57,604 nucleotides of DNA, taken from Pelagibacteraceae bacterium. GTDB lineage: Bacteria; Pseudomonadota; Alphaproteobacteria; GCA-002720895. Position numbers and translations under genes: made by a program. Location: assembly GCA_002717245.1 (NCBI GenBank), contig PBCY01000020.1, forward strand, positions 13,482 through 71,085, written 5' to 3'. The notes beneath the pieces were generated by a model. The model was not told the DNA's origin, did no database searches, and saw only the letters and a list, made by a program, of their open reading frames with translations. Below, piece by piece: positions 39,143 to 48,579 of the stretch. The first letter of the stretch is position 1. Each line of letters starts with the position of its first letter.

Positions 39143-40783
39143 ATGTTATTAACTTTTGTTAGAAATATTACTTTACTAGTTTTTTTTATTTTGAATTTTA
39201 CAGCTTTAGGTTTGGCTAAAAATCAAAATTATGTAGAACACGAACATGTGTCTATAAAACTTATTTCTTCAATAGAATCAATATCGACTAATAAAGAAAT
39301 TTATTTAGGTCTTCATTTTAAATTAAAACCTGATTGGAAAATATATTGGAAATATCCTGGAAAAGCAGGATATCCGCCTGAAATAAATTCAAGTAATTCA
39401 AAAAATATTAAAAATATTGAAATATTGTGGCCAAAACCTAAGAAGTTTGAGATTTTAGGGATGGAAAGTATAGGTTATTCCAATGAAGTAGTTTTGCCAA
39501 TTAAAACTAATTTAGAAACAATTAATAATGAAGTTTTAGTAAATTTTAATATTGATTATTTAACATGCAAAAAAATTTGTGTTCCATTTAATGATAATTT
39601 AAAACTAATAATACCTGTTGGAGACGGACAAAGTTCAGAATATGAAAAAATTATTAATAAATATATAGATAAATCTAATTATTTAACCTATTCAAGTTTT
39701 TTTAATCAAGATAGTATTTTTTTCTTTTTATTTATTGCTTTTATTGGCGGGCTTATATTAAATTTTATGCCATGTGTATTCCCTGTTCTATCTATAAAAA
39801 TCTATAATATCCTATCTCAAAAACAAAAAAATATAAATTATAGAAAAATTAAGAATAATTTTTTAGCTACAGTACTAGGAATAATATTTTCTTTTTTAGT
39901 TTTATCATTTGTAACAGTTATTTTAAAAAACTTAGGTCAGAATATTGGGTGGGGATTTCAATTTCAGTCACCTTATTTTCTTACTTTTATGATTTTTATA
40001 CTAATTATTTTTTCATTAAATTTAATGGATGTATTTTTAATTGATATACCAAACTCTTTTAAAACCCATTTAATTAAAGTTATTAATATTAGTAAAAAAA
40101 ATTCAGATTTTTTTCATAATTTTTTTTTAGGAACTCTTGTAACAGTTTTATCTACTCCATGCTCTGCACCTTTTTTAGGTACAGCATTGGGATTTGCATT
40201 TTTAAGTTCAAATCTAACAATTTTTTTAATTTTTTTTTGTATTAGTTTAGGATTATCTTTTCCTTATATCATTCTAGCTACTAGCCCAAAAATTTTATCT
40301 TATTTACCTAAACCAGGCATATGGATGAAAAAATTAAAATATTTCTTAAGTTTTTTATTAATTTCAACTGCATTTTGGTTATTTACTGTTTTATTAATTC
40401 AAATCAATATTACAAACAATAAGTTTAAAAATGATTCATGGGAAAAGTTTGATCAATTAAAATTAAATAAATTAATAAATGAAAAAAATATTATATTTGT
40501 CGATATTACAGCAGATTGGTGTCTAACTTGTTTTTATAATAAAACTACTGTAATAAACAGAAAAAAAATCAAAATGATTTTTAATGAAAATAAAGTGATA
40601 AAAATGCGCGGTGATATAACTAAACCAAATAAAAAAATAACCGAATATATAAATTCTTTTGGTAGATATGGCATACCTGTAAATATTTTATATAGTTCTT
40701 CTTCTCCACAAGGAATTTTATTATCTGAAGTCTTGACTGTTAGTGAACTTTTAAGTACCTTCGAGAGTATAAAAAATGATTAA
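39143..40783 (+). CDS. dsbD: DsbD-family (ScsB-like) protein-disulfide reductase
   Basis: WKIYWKYPG and CKKIC in the N domain; LNFMPCVFP and TPCSAPF in the TM domain; TADWCLTC in the thioredoxin domain. Confidence 0.88.
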   Translation: MLLTFVRNITLLVFFILNFTALGLAKNQNYVEHEHVSIKLISSIESISTNKEIYLGLHFKLKPDWKIYWKYPGKAGYPPEINSSNSKNIKNIEILWPKPKKFEILGMESIGYSNEVVLPIKTNLETINNEVLVNFNIDYLTCKKICVPFNDNLKLIIPVGDGQSSEYEKIINKYIDKSNYLTYSSFFNQDSIFFFLFIAFIGGLILNFMPCVFPVLSIKIYNILSQKQKNINYRKIKNNFLATVLGIIFSFLVLSFVTVILKNLGQNIGWGFQFQSPYFLTFMIFILIIFSLNLMDVFLIDIPNSFKTHLIKVINISKKNSDFFHNFFLGTLVTVLSTPCSAPFLGTALGFAFLSSNLTIFLIFFCISLGLSFPYIILATSPKILSYLPKPGIWMKKLKYFLSFLLISTAFWLFTVLLIQINITNNKFKNDSWEKFDQLKLNKLINEKNIIFVDITADWCLTCFYNKTTVINRKKIKMIFNENKVIKMRGDITKPNKKITEYINSFGRYGIPVNILYSSSSPQGILLSEVLTVSELLSTFESIKND

Positions 40784-41255
40784 AGAAGAAGAAACATTTC
40801 CTAATAATAAAGTAGTTTTAGTTGGCAATGATTTTAAAGAAATTGATACTGATCAATTTTTTACTGGAAAAAAAGTTCTTTTATTTGCTGTTCCTGGAGC
40901 TTACACGCCAACTTGTAACAATTCTCATTTGCCTTCATTTATTGATAAATATGATGAAATAAAAGAAAAAGGAATAGATAATATAATTTGTTTATCAGTA
41001 AACGACCAGTTTGTTTCCAAAGCTTGGAGGGATAGTAAATCTATAAAAGATGATTTTTTATTTCTAGCTGATGGTAACGGTAAAGTAACTGAATCTATTG
41101 GCATGACCTTAGATTGTTCAGGTTTTGGTATGGGGAATAGATCAAATAGATATGTAATGCTTATAGAAGACAAAGTGGTAAAAAAATTAATTTTAGAAGA
41201 TAATCCTGGTGTTTGTGAATTAACAAATGCAACAGAAATCTTAAAATCACTCTAA
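40776..41255 (+). CDS. Peroxiredoxin (Prx5 type)
   Basis: AVPGAYTPTC..HLP, SVND.FV, ADGNG, RSNRY. Confidence 0.93.
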   Translation: MIKEEETFPNNKVVLVGNDFKEIDTDQFFTGKKVLLFAVPGAYTPTCNNSHLPSFIDKYDEIKEKGIDNIICLSVNDQFVSKAWRDSKSIKDDFLFLADGNGKVTESIGMTLDCSGFGMGNRSNRYVMLIEDKVVKKLILEDNPGVCELTNATEILKSL

Positions 41256-41683
41256 ATACCTATAGCTTTTTTTGCTAGCTTATCTGCCTTTTCATTTAAA
41301 GTATCATCATTATGTGCTTTTACCCAGCTCCATTTTATAAAATGATTTTTTGTTTCATTTTCTAGTAATTTCCATAAATCAGAATTTTTTACATCTTTTT
41401 TATTTGATGTTTTCCAATTATTTATTTTCCACTTTTTTATCCATATAGTTATTCCATTTTCAAGATATTTGCTATCCGTATAAATATTTATTTTTGTTTT
41501 CTTTTTAAAATATTTAATAGCTTCTATAGCGGCTATTAATTCCATTCTATTATTTGTTGTATTTTTTTTTGAACCACTTGATTCTTTTATTTTTCCATTT
41601 TTATAACGAATAATAAAAGACCAACCTCCAGGACCAGGATTTCCTAAGCAAGAACCATCTGTATAAATATCAACCGTTTCCAT
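41252..41683 (-). CDS. rnhA: Ribonuclease HI
   Basis: YTDGSCLGNPGPGG, TTNNRMEL, WVKAH, NE.AD.LA. Confidence 0.97.
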   Translation of the reverse strand: METVDIYTDGSCLGNPGPGGWSFIIRYKNGKIKESSGSKKNTTNNRMELIAAIEAIKYFKKKTKINIYTDSKYLENGITIWIKKWKINNWKTSNKKDVKNSDLWKLLENETKNHFIKWSWVKAHNDDTLNEKADKLAKKAIGI

Positions 41684-41684
41684 T

Positions 41685-42626
41685 TTAAAAATAATTTTTT
41701 AAATCATTTATTTGAAAAAATTTTAGTTTATTTAGGTATTCTTTTGGATTTTTTTTATATTTTAATGGAATTTTTTTATTTTGAAGGTCCATTAATCTTG
41801 ATAAATAAAATCTTAAACTACTTGCTCTTAAGAATAAATTAAGATTTTTAATTTCTTGAGTACTTATTTTTCTAATAGAATTATAGCCTTTAATCAATAA
41901 TTTCATCTTTCTTATATTTATTTTTTTTTCAAAACACCAAGCATTTATACATATTGCAATGTCATAACAAAAGAAATCACAACAAGCGTTAGATAGATCT
42001 ATTATTCCAATAATTTTTTTGTTTTTAAAAAAAACATTATCTGGAAAAAGATCACCATGAATAATTCCAGAAGGTAGTTTTTTTGGCCAATTTCTTTTTA
42101 AAAACTTAATTTCATTATTAAGAAAATTAATTTCTTCTTTTTTTAATTTTATTTTTTTTAATAACTTACTCCATTCATTTAAAGAAAAGTCATTTCTTCT
42201 TTTTTTTTTAAAATTCTTAGTTTTAATATGAAGTAAGCCTAATTCTTTACCTAATTGATAGCAATCATTTGCGGTATTTTTTTTTTTTATCTTTCCATTT
42301 ACGAAGTTAGTTATTGTGTATTGTTTTTTTTTATAAGAACTTAATTGTTTTTCATAGTTATTATAAATTATATTTGGACAAGGAAATTTTTTTTTGATTA
42401 AAAAATTTATTAATTCTATAAAAAAAGATAAATTTTTATTTTTAATTCTTTCAGTAATTTTATTCTCGAATATTGTTAGAATAAATTTATTATTTTTTAT
42501 TTTAAATAAATAATTTGTGTTTTCTATTCCTTCATTTATTCCTTTAAAATAATCTATTTTTCCAAGAGAATAATTATTTAAATAATTCTTAAAATCATTT
42601 TTGTTAATTTTTGTATAATATGCCAA
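41685..42626 (-). CDS. thrB: Homoserine kinase, type II (APH fold)
   Basis: MAYYT, GI.EGIENTNY, HGDLFPDNVFF; thrB-rnhA order. Confidence 0.93.
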   Translation of the reverse strand: MAYYTKINKNDFKNYLNNYSLGKIDYFKGINEGIENTNYLFKIKNNKFILTIFENKITERIKNKNLSFFIELINFLIKKKFPCPNIIYNNYEKQLSSYKKKQYTITNFVNGKIKKKNTANDCYQLGKELGLLHIKTKNFKKKRRNDFSLNEWSKLLKKIKLKKEEINFLNNEIKFLKRNWPKKLPSGIIHGDLFPDNVFFKNKKIIGIIDLSNACCDFFCYDIAICINAWCFEKKINIRKMKLLIKGYNSIRKISTQEIKNLNLFLRASSLRFYLSRLMDLQNKKIPLKYKKNPKEYLNKLKFFQINDLKNYF

Positions 42627-42642
42627 TTTAATATTTATAAAT

Positions 42643-42658
42643 TGTGACGAAAGTCATA
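42643..42658. promoter_or_regulatory. Imperfect palindrome TGTGA-N6-TCATA (CRP/FNR-like box or hairpin) upstream of thrB
   Basis: TGTGACGAAAGTCATA in the 37-bp atpF-thrB gap. Confidence 0.35.
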
Positions 42659-42663
42659 GTTAT

Positions 42664-43188
42664 TTATAAACTTTTACTTTTTTTTTTATTGAATAAATTT
42701 GTTACAGATTGAGCAATAAGATTTGTTTGATCTATATCTTTTTCTTTTTCAAACAACTCAAGAATACTCTTCATTGATACTTTTAATGCCATTTTTTTTA
42801 TATCTAAAATAGCTTGATTTCTTGATTGTTCAATTCTATCTATAATTTTTTTATTTGATCTTTGTTTATTAATTTTTTCGTCATCTAAAAGTTTTTTTTT
42901 AATTAGCTCAGCTTCCTCATTGGCATTTTTTATAATTTTTTCTTTATCATTTATTAGTTTTTTTAGATTTTTTTTTGCTTCTATTAAATTTATTTCAGCT
43001 TCTTCTTTTAATTTTTTTGCTTCATCAATTCTTTTTTTAATTTCTTCAATTCTTTTATCTAATGATTTTATAATTATTTCTTTACTTTTTTTATAAGATA
43101 GAGCTATAAAAATAGCAAAAGCTACTGCGACCCAAAAAGATTCGCTATGAAGAAGACTGGAAATTATACTATTATCAGGAACTTTCAT
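42664..43188 (-). CDS. atpF: ATP synthase F0 subunit b
   Basis: FWVAVAFAIF TM, LDKRIEEIK coiled coil; operon context. Confidence 0.92.
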   Translation of the reverse strand: MKVPDNSIISSLLHSESFWVAVAFAIFIALSYKKSKEIIIKSLDKRIEEIKKRIDEAKKLKEEAEINLIEAKKNLKKLINDKEKIIKNANEEAELIKKKLLDDEKINKQRSNKKIIDRIEQSRNQAILDIKKMALKVSMKSILELFEKEKDIDQTNLIAQSVTNLFNKKKSKSL

Positions 43189-43681
43189 TTCTAATATTTT
43201 TTAAATTATTCTTTATTATTTGTTTCAGTTTATTTTTTTTTACATTTTTGTTATTTGATATTTTTTTGATAATTTCTTGCGATAAATTAAATGCAATCTT
43301 ATTGATTTCTTTTAAAACCTTTTCTTTTTTTTTAAAAATATTTTTTTCATCTTTTTCTAATTTTTTTTCAAGTTTATTTTTTAGAATTTGGTTATTTTCA
43401 TTTATTTTTTTATTTATATTAATTCTTAAATTGTTTATTATTTCTCTTGCTTCTGTTTCTGTATCATTTTTAATCTTTTCTATTTCATCGTTAATGATTT
43501 CTGTATCTCTATAAAGTTGTTCTGAAATATGAATATTATTTTTAATTTCATTTTCTCTATTTTTAATTACAGAGGATATCCTTGGAACTATTACTTTAGC
43601 CATTATTATGTAAAGTATTAAAAAACTTACAACAAGCCAAAAGATTTGACTTGGAAAAGTTGAAATTTCCAATTGCGGCAT
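43175..43681 (-). CDS. atpF2: ATP synthase F0 subunit b'
   Basis: MPQL...FPSQIFWL N-terminus. Confidence 0.92.
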   Translation of the reverse strand: MPQLEISTFPSQIFWLVVSFLILYIIMAKVIVPRISSVIKNRENEIKNNIHISEQLYRDTEIINDEIEKIKNDTETEAREIINNLRININKKINENNQILKNKLEKKLEKDEKNIFKKKEKVLKEINKIAFNLSQEIIKKISNNKNVKKNKLKQIIKNNLKNIRNESS

Positions 43682-43699
43682 TTTTTAAATCCTAAAAAA

Positions 43700-43924
43700 T
43701 TATAAAAATAGAACTAAAAATGCAATTAATAAAGCATATAAGGCCACTGCTTCTACCAATGCAAATCCTAACATCCCCATTGGAAATACTTGTGGTCTAG
43801 CAGACGGGTTTCTTGCGATAGCAGATATAAGTGATGCAAAAATATGCCCAATACCCGCTCCTACTCCTCCAAGTCCTATAACCGCAAGTCCTGCTCCGAT
43901 TAATTTAGCTGCTTCTACTTCCAT
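43700..43924 (-). CDS. atpE: ATP synthase F0 subunit c
   Basis: GxGxGxG, ARNP, ALVEA. Confidence 0.98.
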   Translation of the reverse strand: MEVEAAKLIGAGLAVIGLGGVGAGIGHIFASLISAIARNPSARPQVFPMGMLGFALVEAVALYALLIAFLVLFL

Positions 43925-43932
43925 ATTTTATT

Positions 43933-43938
43933 CCTCCT
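43933..43938 (-). promoter_or_regulatory. Shine-Dalgarno sequence of atpE
   Basis: AGGAGG 8 nt upstream of the atpE ATG. Confidence 0.75.
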
Positions 43939-43941
43939 AAG

Positions 43942-44664
43942 TTAATGTAGATTAATAGCGTCATTTAAATATAAACAAGTTAATACAGTAAATACATAAG
44001 CTTGTAAAAAAGCAACAAGAACTTCAAAAGCGGTTAAAGCAACATCAACAAATAATGGCGCAATACCAAACACTCCTAAAGAGAATATAAATCCTGCAAA
44101 AACTTTTAACATTGTATGTCCAGCCATCATATTGGCAAATAATCTTATAGATAAGCTAACTGGTCTAGATAAATAAGATATTACTTCAATTGGTATCATT
44201 AATGGCAACATTACCATCGGTACACCTTTTGGAACAAATAGTCCAAAAAATTTAAAGCCGTGCATTAATATTCCAATTATAGTTACAAACAAAAAAATGA
44301 ACATTGCTAATACAAAAGTAACAATTATATGGCTAGTAAAAGTAAAACTATAAGGTAATAAACCTAATAAATTTCCAAACAAAATAAATGTGAATAATGT
44401 AAATATAAGTGAAAAAAATTTTTGACCTTTATTTCCAATATTATCATTAATCATATTAGCGATAAATTCATAAAAAATTTCAGAAATACTTTGTAACCGG
44501 CTAGGGATAATACTTTTTTTTTTAATAGATGAAATTAATAAAATTGAAATAACAGAAATTGTTAAAATCATAAACATTGACGAATTAGTGAATGAAATAT
44601 CAATATTATTTAAATTAATAGGAAATATTTCTTTTATTTCAAATTGATGTATTGGATCTGCCAT
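43942..44664 (-). CDS. atpB: ATP synthase F0 subunit a
   Basis: DPIHQF, RLFANMMAGH, LQAYVF. Confidence 0.98.
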   Translation of the reverse strand: MADPIHQFEIKEIFPINLNNIDISFTNSSMFMILTISVISILLISSIKKKSIIPSRLQSISEIFYEFIANMINDNIGNKGQKFFSLIFTLFTFILFGNLLGLLPYSFTFTSHIIVTFVLAMFIFLFVTIIGILMHGFKFFGLFVPKGVPMVMLPLMIPIEVISYLSRPVSLSIRLFANMMAGHTMLKVFAGFIFSLGVFGIAPLFVDVALTAFEVLVAFLQAYVFTVLTCLYLNDAINLH

Positions 44665-44683
44665 AATAAAAAAAAAAAATTAT

Positions 44684-44992
44684 TTAATGCAATTTATCAT
44701 TTTTTTTTTTAAAACCAACCTCAAATCCTAATCTTTTTACAGATCTAAAAACATTAAAAATTCCTGATGCAAAACCAAGAATTAAAAAAATTATTAAAAA
44801 AATTGGTTTAGTTTGAAAATAGTTATCAAGAATAATTCCAATAACAACACCCACTATGATTGCTGAAATTAGTTCTACTCCTGATTTTAAAAAGATTCCT
44901 AAATCTTTAAAACTATTCTTTTTTTTAATTTTTTTATTTGAAAGCTTTAGGGTTTCAAGTTTTTTACCAAAATCTTTAAGTTTTTTCTTCAA
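44684..44992 (-). CDS. atpI: AtpZ/AtpI family protein
   Basis: ELISAIIVG..IG..LD.YF.TKP; first gene of the F0 cluster. Confidence 0.9.
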   Translation of the reverse strand: MKKKLKDFGKKLETLKLSNKKIKKKNSFKDLGIFLKSGVELISAIIVGVVIGIILDNYFQTKPIFLIIFLILGFASGIFNVFRSVKRLGFEVGFKKKNDKLH

Positions 44993-44997
44993 TATTT

Positions 44998-47451
44998 TTA
45001 ACTAACTTCTCTAAGTTTTTGAGCTTCTTCTAGTTTAACAGAAATTAATTTTGAAATGCCAGTTTCTGCCATTGTTACACCGTATAGCCTATCCATATGC
45101 GCCATTGTAATAGGATTATGTGTAATTAGAATAAACTTTGTTAAGGTTTCTTGATTAATTTTTTTTATTACTTTACAGTATTTTTCTATATTTATATCAT
45201 CTAATGGAGCATCAACCTCGTCTAAAACACAAATCGGAGAAGGGTTCTGTAAAAAAACTGCTAAAATTAAAGCTGTTGCTGCCATTGTTTTTTCTCCACC
45301 AGATAATAGCGATAAAGTATTCATTTTTTTTCCTGGAGGTGAAGCAAAAACTTCTAGTCCAGATAACAACGGATCTGATGATCCAACCATTTTTAAATAA
45401 GCTTTTCCACCATTAAAGAACTGTGTAAAAAGTTCTATAAAATTTTTATTTACACCATCGAAACATTTGTGGATTTTTTCACGGCCTTCTTTATTTATAT
45501 TGGAGATGGTTTCTCTTAATTTTAATATTGCTTTTTCTACATCAATTTTATCATTAATCATTTTTTCAATTTTTTTATTTGTTTCTTTAGCTTCATTCTC
45601 TGCAGCAAAATTTATTGGTCCAATATTATCAAATTTTCTTTTTTCTGAATTAAGGTCATTTTGTAAAATATTTTTTGCAGGCAAGTCTTCGATTTTAATA
45701 TCTTCTTTTTTTAAAATCTCTTCATTTAATTTTAATGAAAAATTATTTTCACTTTCTTCATAAGCATTAACTAGATCATTTTTTAAATATTCTAAATCTG
45801 TTTCTAGTCTAGTTTTCTCTTCATGGCTTTTTATTTTTTTTTCAGAATTAATTTTTATTTTCTCATCTATTTCTTTAGTTTGTTCTGGGTCAACTATAAC
45901 TTCTTTACTTAAACTATTAATTTTTTCATCTAATAATATTATTTTTGATTCTAGGTTAGAATTTTTTTTTTTTATTTCTTCTGGTTTATTTTTAAGATTT
46001 TCTAATTCATTATTTGTAAATTTTTCTCTTTCCATTAAATCATTCATATGTTTTTTAGTATCTTCAATTCTTTTGCTCCATTTGGCGTGCTCTTCTTCAA
46101 AATCAAATATTTTATCTAAATTAGTTAATTTAGAAAAATTATTCTTTATACCTGTAAAGGATGTAAATATATTATTAATTTTTTCAGAAATTATATCGAA
46201 AGTATTTTTGATTGGGTTTATTAATTCTTTATTTTTACTTATTAAGTCATTAATTTTAGAATTTAATTCATTCGATTTTGAAATAATAAATTCAATTTTT
46301 TTTATTTCATTTTCTATATCTTTTTTTAAATTAATAAAATTTTCTTTATCACTATTTTTTTCCGTATTTGATATTTTCATATCTAATTCTTTTGTTTCAT
46401 TAAATATATTTTTTTGAAGTTTAGATAATGAAAAATTTGCATCTTCAAGAAATTTTTTCTCTCTTAAAATATCTTCAGATAGTTGTGTTAATCTATTTTT
46501 TAAATTATCTTTTTGAATAGAAATTCTATTGATTTCATCTAAATTCTTTTGTTTTTCTATAAGGTGATTTTGTTTTTCAATTTTTAAATCATTTAATTCT
46601 TTATTTTTTTCAGTATTTTTACTTAAAAATTTGTTTTTTTCATTTTTATAATTTTCTAATAAGTCATCAATTTCATTTATTTCGGAATTTATTTTTTCAA
46701 GTTTTTCACTTTTTTTATTTATTTTATCTATATTGCTAATGCATCTAATTTTTATAAGTGTAATTTCTAAATTATTTATTTTATCTTTTACTGTTTTATA
46801 TTTTTCCGCTTCTTTTACTTGTTTTGAAAGTATTTTGTATTGGTCTTTATGTGTCTTAATAATATCATCCAATCTTGAAAGATTAACTTCAGCAGATTTT
46901 AATTTTAATTCAGCTTCGTGCCTTCTTGCATGTAGACCAGTAATTCCAGCTGCTTCTTCTAAAAGAATTCTTCTTTCTTCTGGTTTTGATGATATTAACC
47001 TATGCACTTGCCCTTGTGCCACAATAGAAGTTGTATCAGGGCCTGAAGACGCATCTGCAAATAATAAATGCACGTCTTTAGCTCTCACTGTTTTGTTATT
47101 TATGTAGTAGGTTGACCCTTTTTCTCTTTCAATTTTTCTTTTAATTTCTATTGTTTCGTAACTATTAAATAATTCAGGAGCTTTTTTTTTTTTATTATCT
47201 ATTGTTATTTCAATTTCAGCTAAATCATTTTGTGGTCTTATTGATGTTCCATTGAATATAACATCATCCATTCCTTTTCCTCGCATTTCTTTAGGTGATG
47301 TTTCACCCATTATCCATTTAAGAGCATCTACTATGTTTGATTTTCCACATCCATTTGGTCCAACAATACCAGTTAAGCCTTTTTCTATATTTAATTCAGT
47401 TTTATCAACAAATGATTTAAAGCCAGTTATTTTTAGTTTTGTAAAATCCAT
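44998..47451 (-). CDS. smc: Chromosome segregation protein SMC, short form without recognisable hinge
   Basis: GFKSF, GPNGCGKSN, QG Q-loop, EEAAGI, LSGGEK, LDEVDAPLD, ITHN; dsbA-smc-atpI synteny. Confidence 0.92.
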   Translation of the reverse strand: MDFTKLKITGFKSFVDKTELNIEKGLTGIVGPNGCGKSNIVDALKWIMGETSPKEMRGKGMDDVIFNGTSIRPQNDLAEIEITIDNKKKKAPELFNSYETIEIKRKIEREKGSTYYINNKTVRAKDVHLLFADASSGPDTTSIVAQGQVHRLISSKPEERRILLEEAAGITGLHARRHEAELKLKSAEVNLSRLDDIIKTHKDQYKILSKQVKEAEKYKTVKDKINNLEITLIKIRCISNIDKINKKSEKLEKINSEINEIDDLLENYKNEKNKFLSKNTEKNKELNDLKIEKQNHLIEKQKNLDEINRISIQKDNLKNRLTQLSEDILREKKFLEDANFSLSKLQKNIFNETKELDMKISNTEKNSDKENFINLKKDIENEIKKIEFIISKSNELNSKINDLISKNKELINPIKNTFDIISEKINNIFTSFTGIKNNFSKLTNLDKIFDFEEEHAKWSKRIEDTKKHMNDLMEREKFTNNELENLKNKPEEIKKKNSNLESKIILLDEKINSLSKEVIVDPEQTKEIDEKIKINSEKKIKSHEEKTRLETDLEYLKNDLVNAYEESENNFSLKLNEEILKKEDIKIEDLPAKNILQNDLNSEKRKFDNIGPINFAAENEAKETNKKIEKMINDKIDVEKAILKLRETISNINKEGREKIHKCFDGVNKNFIELFTQFFNGGKAYLKMVGSSDPLLSGLEVFASPPGKKMNTLSLLSGGEKTMAATALILAVFLQNPSPICVLDEVDAPLDDINIEKYCKVIKKINQETLTKFILITHNPITMAHMDRLYGVTMAETGISKLISVKLEEAQKLREVS

Positions 47452-47452
47452 A

Positions 47453-48046
47453 TTAATTAATTAATTTTATAATAATTTTTTCAAAATTTTCATAACTCAT
47501 TGCACTATATTTTTTTTCATTAATTATAAATGAAGGAGTAGAATTTATATTATATTTTTCTTCAGCTAGAGTTCTTGTTTTTATTATCTCATCAACTAAT
47601 TTCTCATCTGTGAAGCATGAGTTAATTTTATCTTCCTTTAACCCTGCAAGCTTGCCAATATTTGTAAGTTTTTCTATAAATGAGTCATCATTTGATATCC
47701 ATTTTTTTTGAGTATTTAGAATCAATTTAACAAAATCAAAATATTTTTCTTTAGGAGCACATTTAGCAAGAACCGATGCAAATAACGCTTGTTTATCTAA
47801 AGGAAAATCTCTATAAATAAATTTAATTTTATTTGTATCAATAAAATTCTTTTTTATTTCTGGATAAATTTCTTTATGAAAAGTAGCACAATGATTACAT
47901 GTCATTGACGCATATTCAATTATTATTACTTTTGCTTCTGCGTTTCCTACAAATGCTTCATTTTCTGTTTTTGCATTAGAAATTTGTGATTTTGAGAAAA
48001 CAATTAAAATTAATATAATTAAATATTTGCAAATATTGTATTTCAT
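47453..48046 (-). CDS. DsbA-family thioredoxin-fold protein
   Basis: EYASMTCNHCA, RDFPLD, STPSF; signal peptide. Confidence 0.92.
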   Translation of the reverse strand: MKYNICKYLIILILIVFSKSQISNAKTENEAFVGNAEAKVIIIEYASMTCNHCATFHKEIYPEIKKNFIDTNKIKFIYRDFPLDKQALFASVLAKCAPKEKYFDFVKLILNTQKKWISNDDSFIEKLTNIGKLAGLKEDKINSCFTDEKLVDEIIKTRTLAEEKYNINSTPSFIINEKKYSAMSYENFEKIIIKLIN

Positions 48047-48073
48047 TTATTTTTTACCACTATATATAGTATA

Positions 48074-48101
48074 ATTATAAAATTAATATCTTTGTGGGCA
48101 A
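48074..48101 (-). promoter_or_regulatory. Putative sigma70 promoter for dsbA-smc-atp
   Basis: TTGCCC-N16-TATAAT on the minus strand in the 66-bp gap; weak evidence in an AT-rich background. Confidence 0.4.
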
Positions 48102-48112
48102 GTTTTAATTTA

Positions 48113-48574
48113 CTAATCAAATAAAGTTTTGTTTAGTCTTTTCAAAGCATTTTTTAAAGAATTTTTTTTTAATTTATTAACTTCTTTTAAGTCTATTTTT
48201 TTTTTATTTTTTTTTACAAATTCTTTTTTTTTATAGTTATTTTCTACTTTAAAATCTTGTACTATGCTAATTTTGCTTATGGCTTTGTAACCAAAGTACT
48301 GGTTTAACTTTTCAATAATTTCTTCATTTTTAAACTCGATTTCCATTGATTTACCACGAGATGTTTTTAAGAAGATAATTCCATTTGAATTATTAATATT
48401 TTGAAAAGAAACTTTAATTGGCCAACAAAATTCTGCAATGTTATTTCCAATAATTTTTTTCCAATTTTTTATTAATGAAATTTCAATAAAATTTTTTTCT
48501 TTAACTTTTTTATCAATAATTTTAGGAAGACTACTACTAATTTTTTTAAAATAACTTTGTTTTCTTTCTTTCAT
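48113..48574 (-). CDS. DUF721 / DciA-family protein
   Basis: W..IIG..IA..C.P.K and IIEKLNQYFGYKAISKI.IVQ; usual neighbour of dsbA-smc. Confidence 0.85.
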   Translation of the reverse strand: MKERKQSYFKKISSSLPKIIDKKVKEKNFIEISLIKNWKKIIGNNIAEFCWPIKVSFQNINNSNGIIFLKTSRGKSMEIEFKNEEIIEKLNQYFGYKAISKISIVQDFKVENNYKKKEFVKKNKKKIDLKEVNKLKKNSLKNALKRLNKTLFD

Positions 48575-48579
48575 TTAAC

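Noticed and set aside
43700-43924. Na+-type ATP synthase c subunit
   Set aside because: It lacks the Gln and the Glu-Ser/Thr Na+ ligands (reads VEAVALY), consistent with H+ coupling.
44998-47451. SMC-like defence ATPase (Wadjet JetC, Lamassu), RecN or SbcC
   Set aside because: The head motifs and dsbA-smc-atpI context match housekeeping SMC, and there are no partner defence genes or zinc hook.
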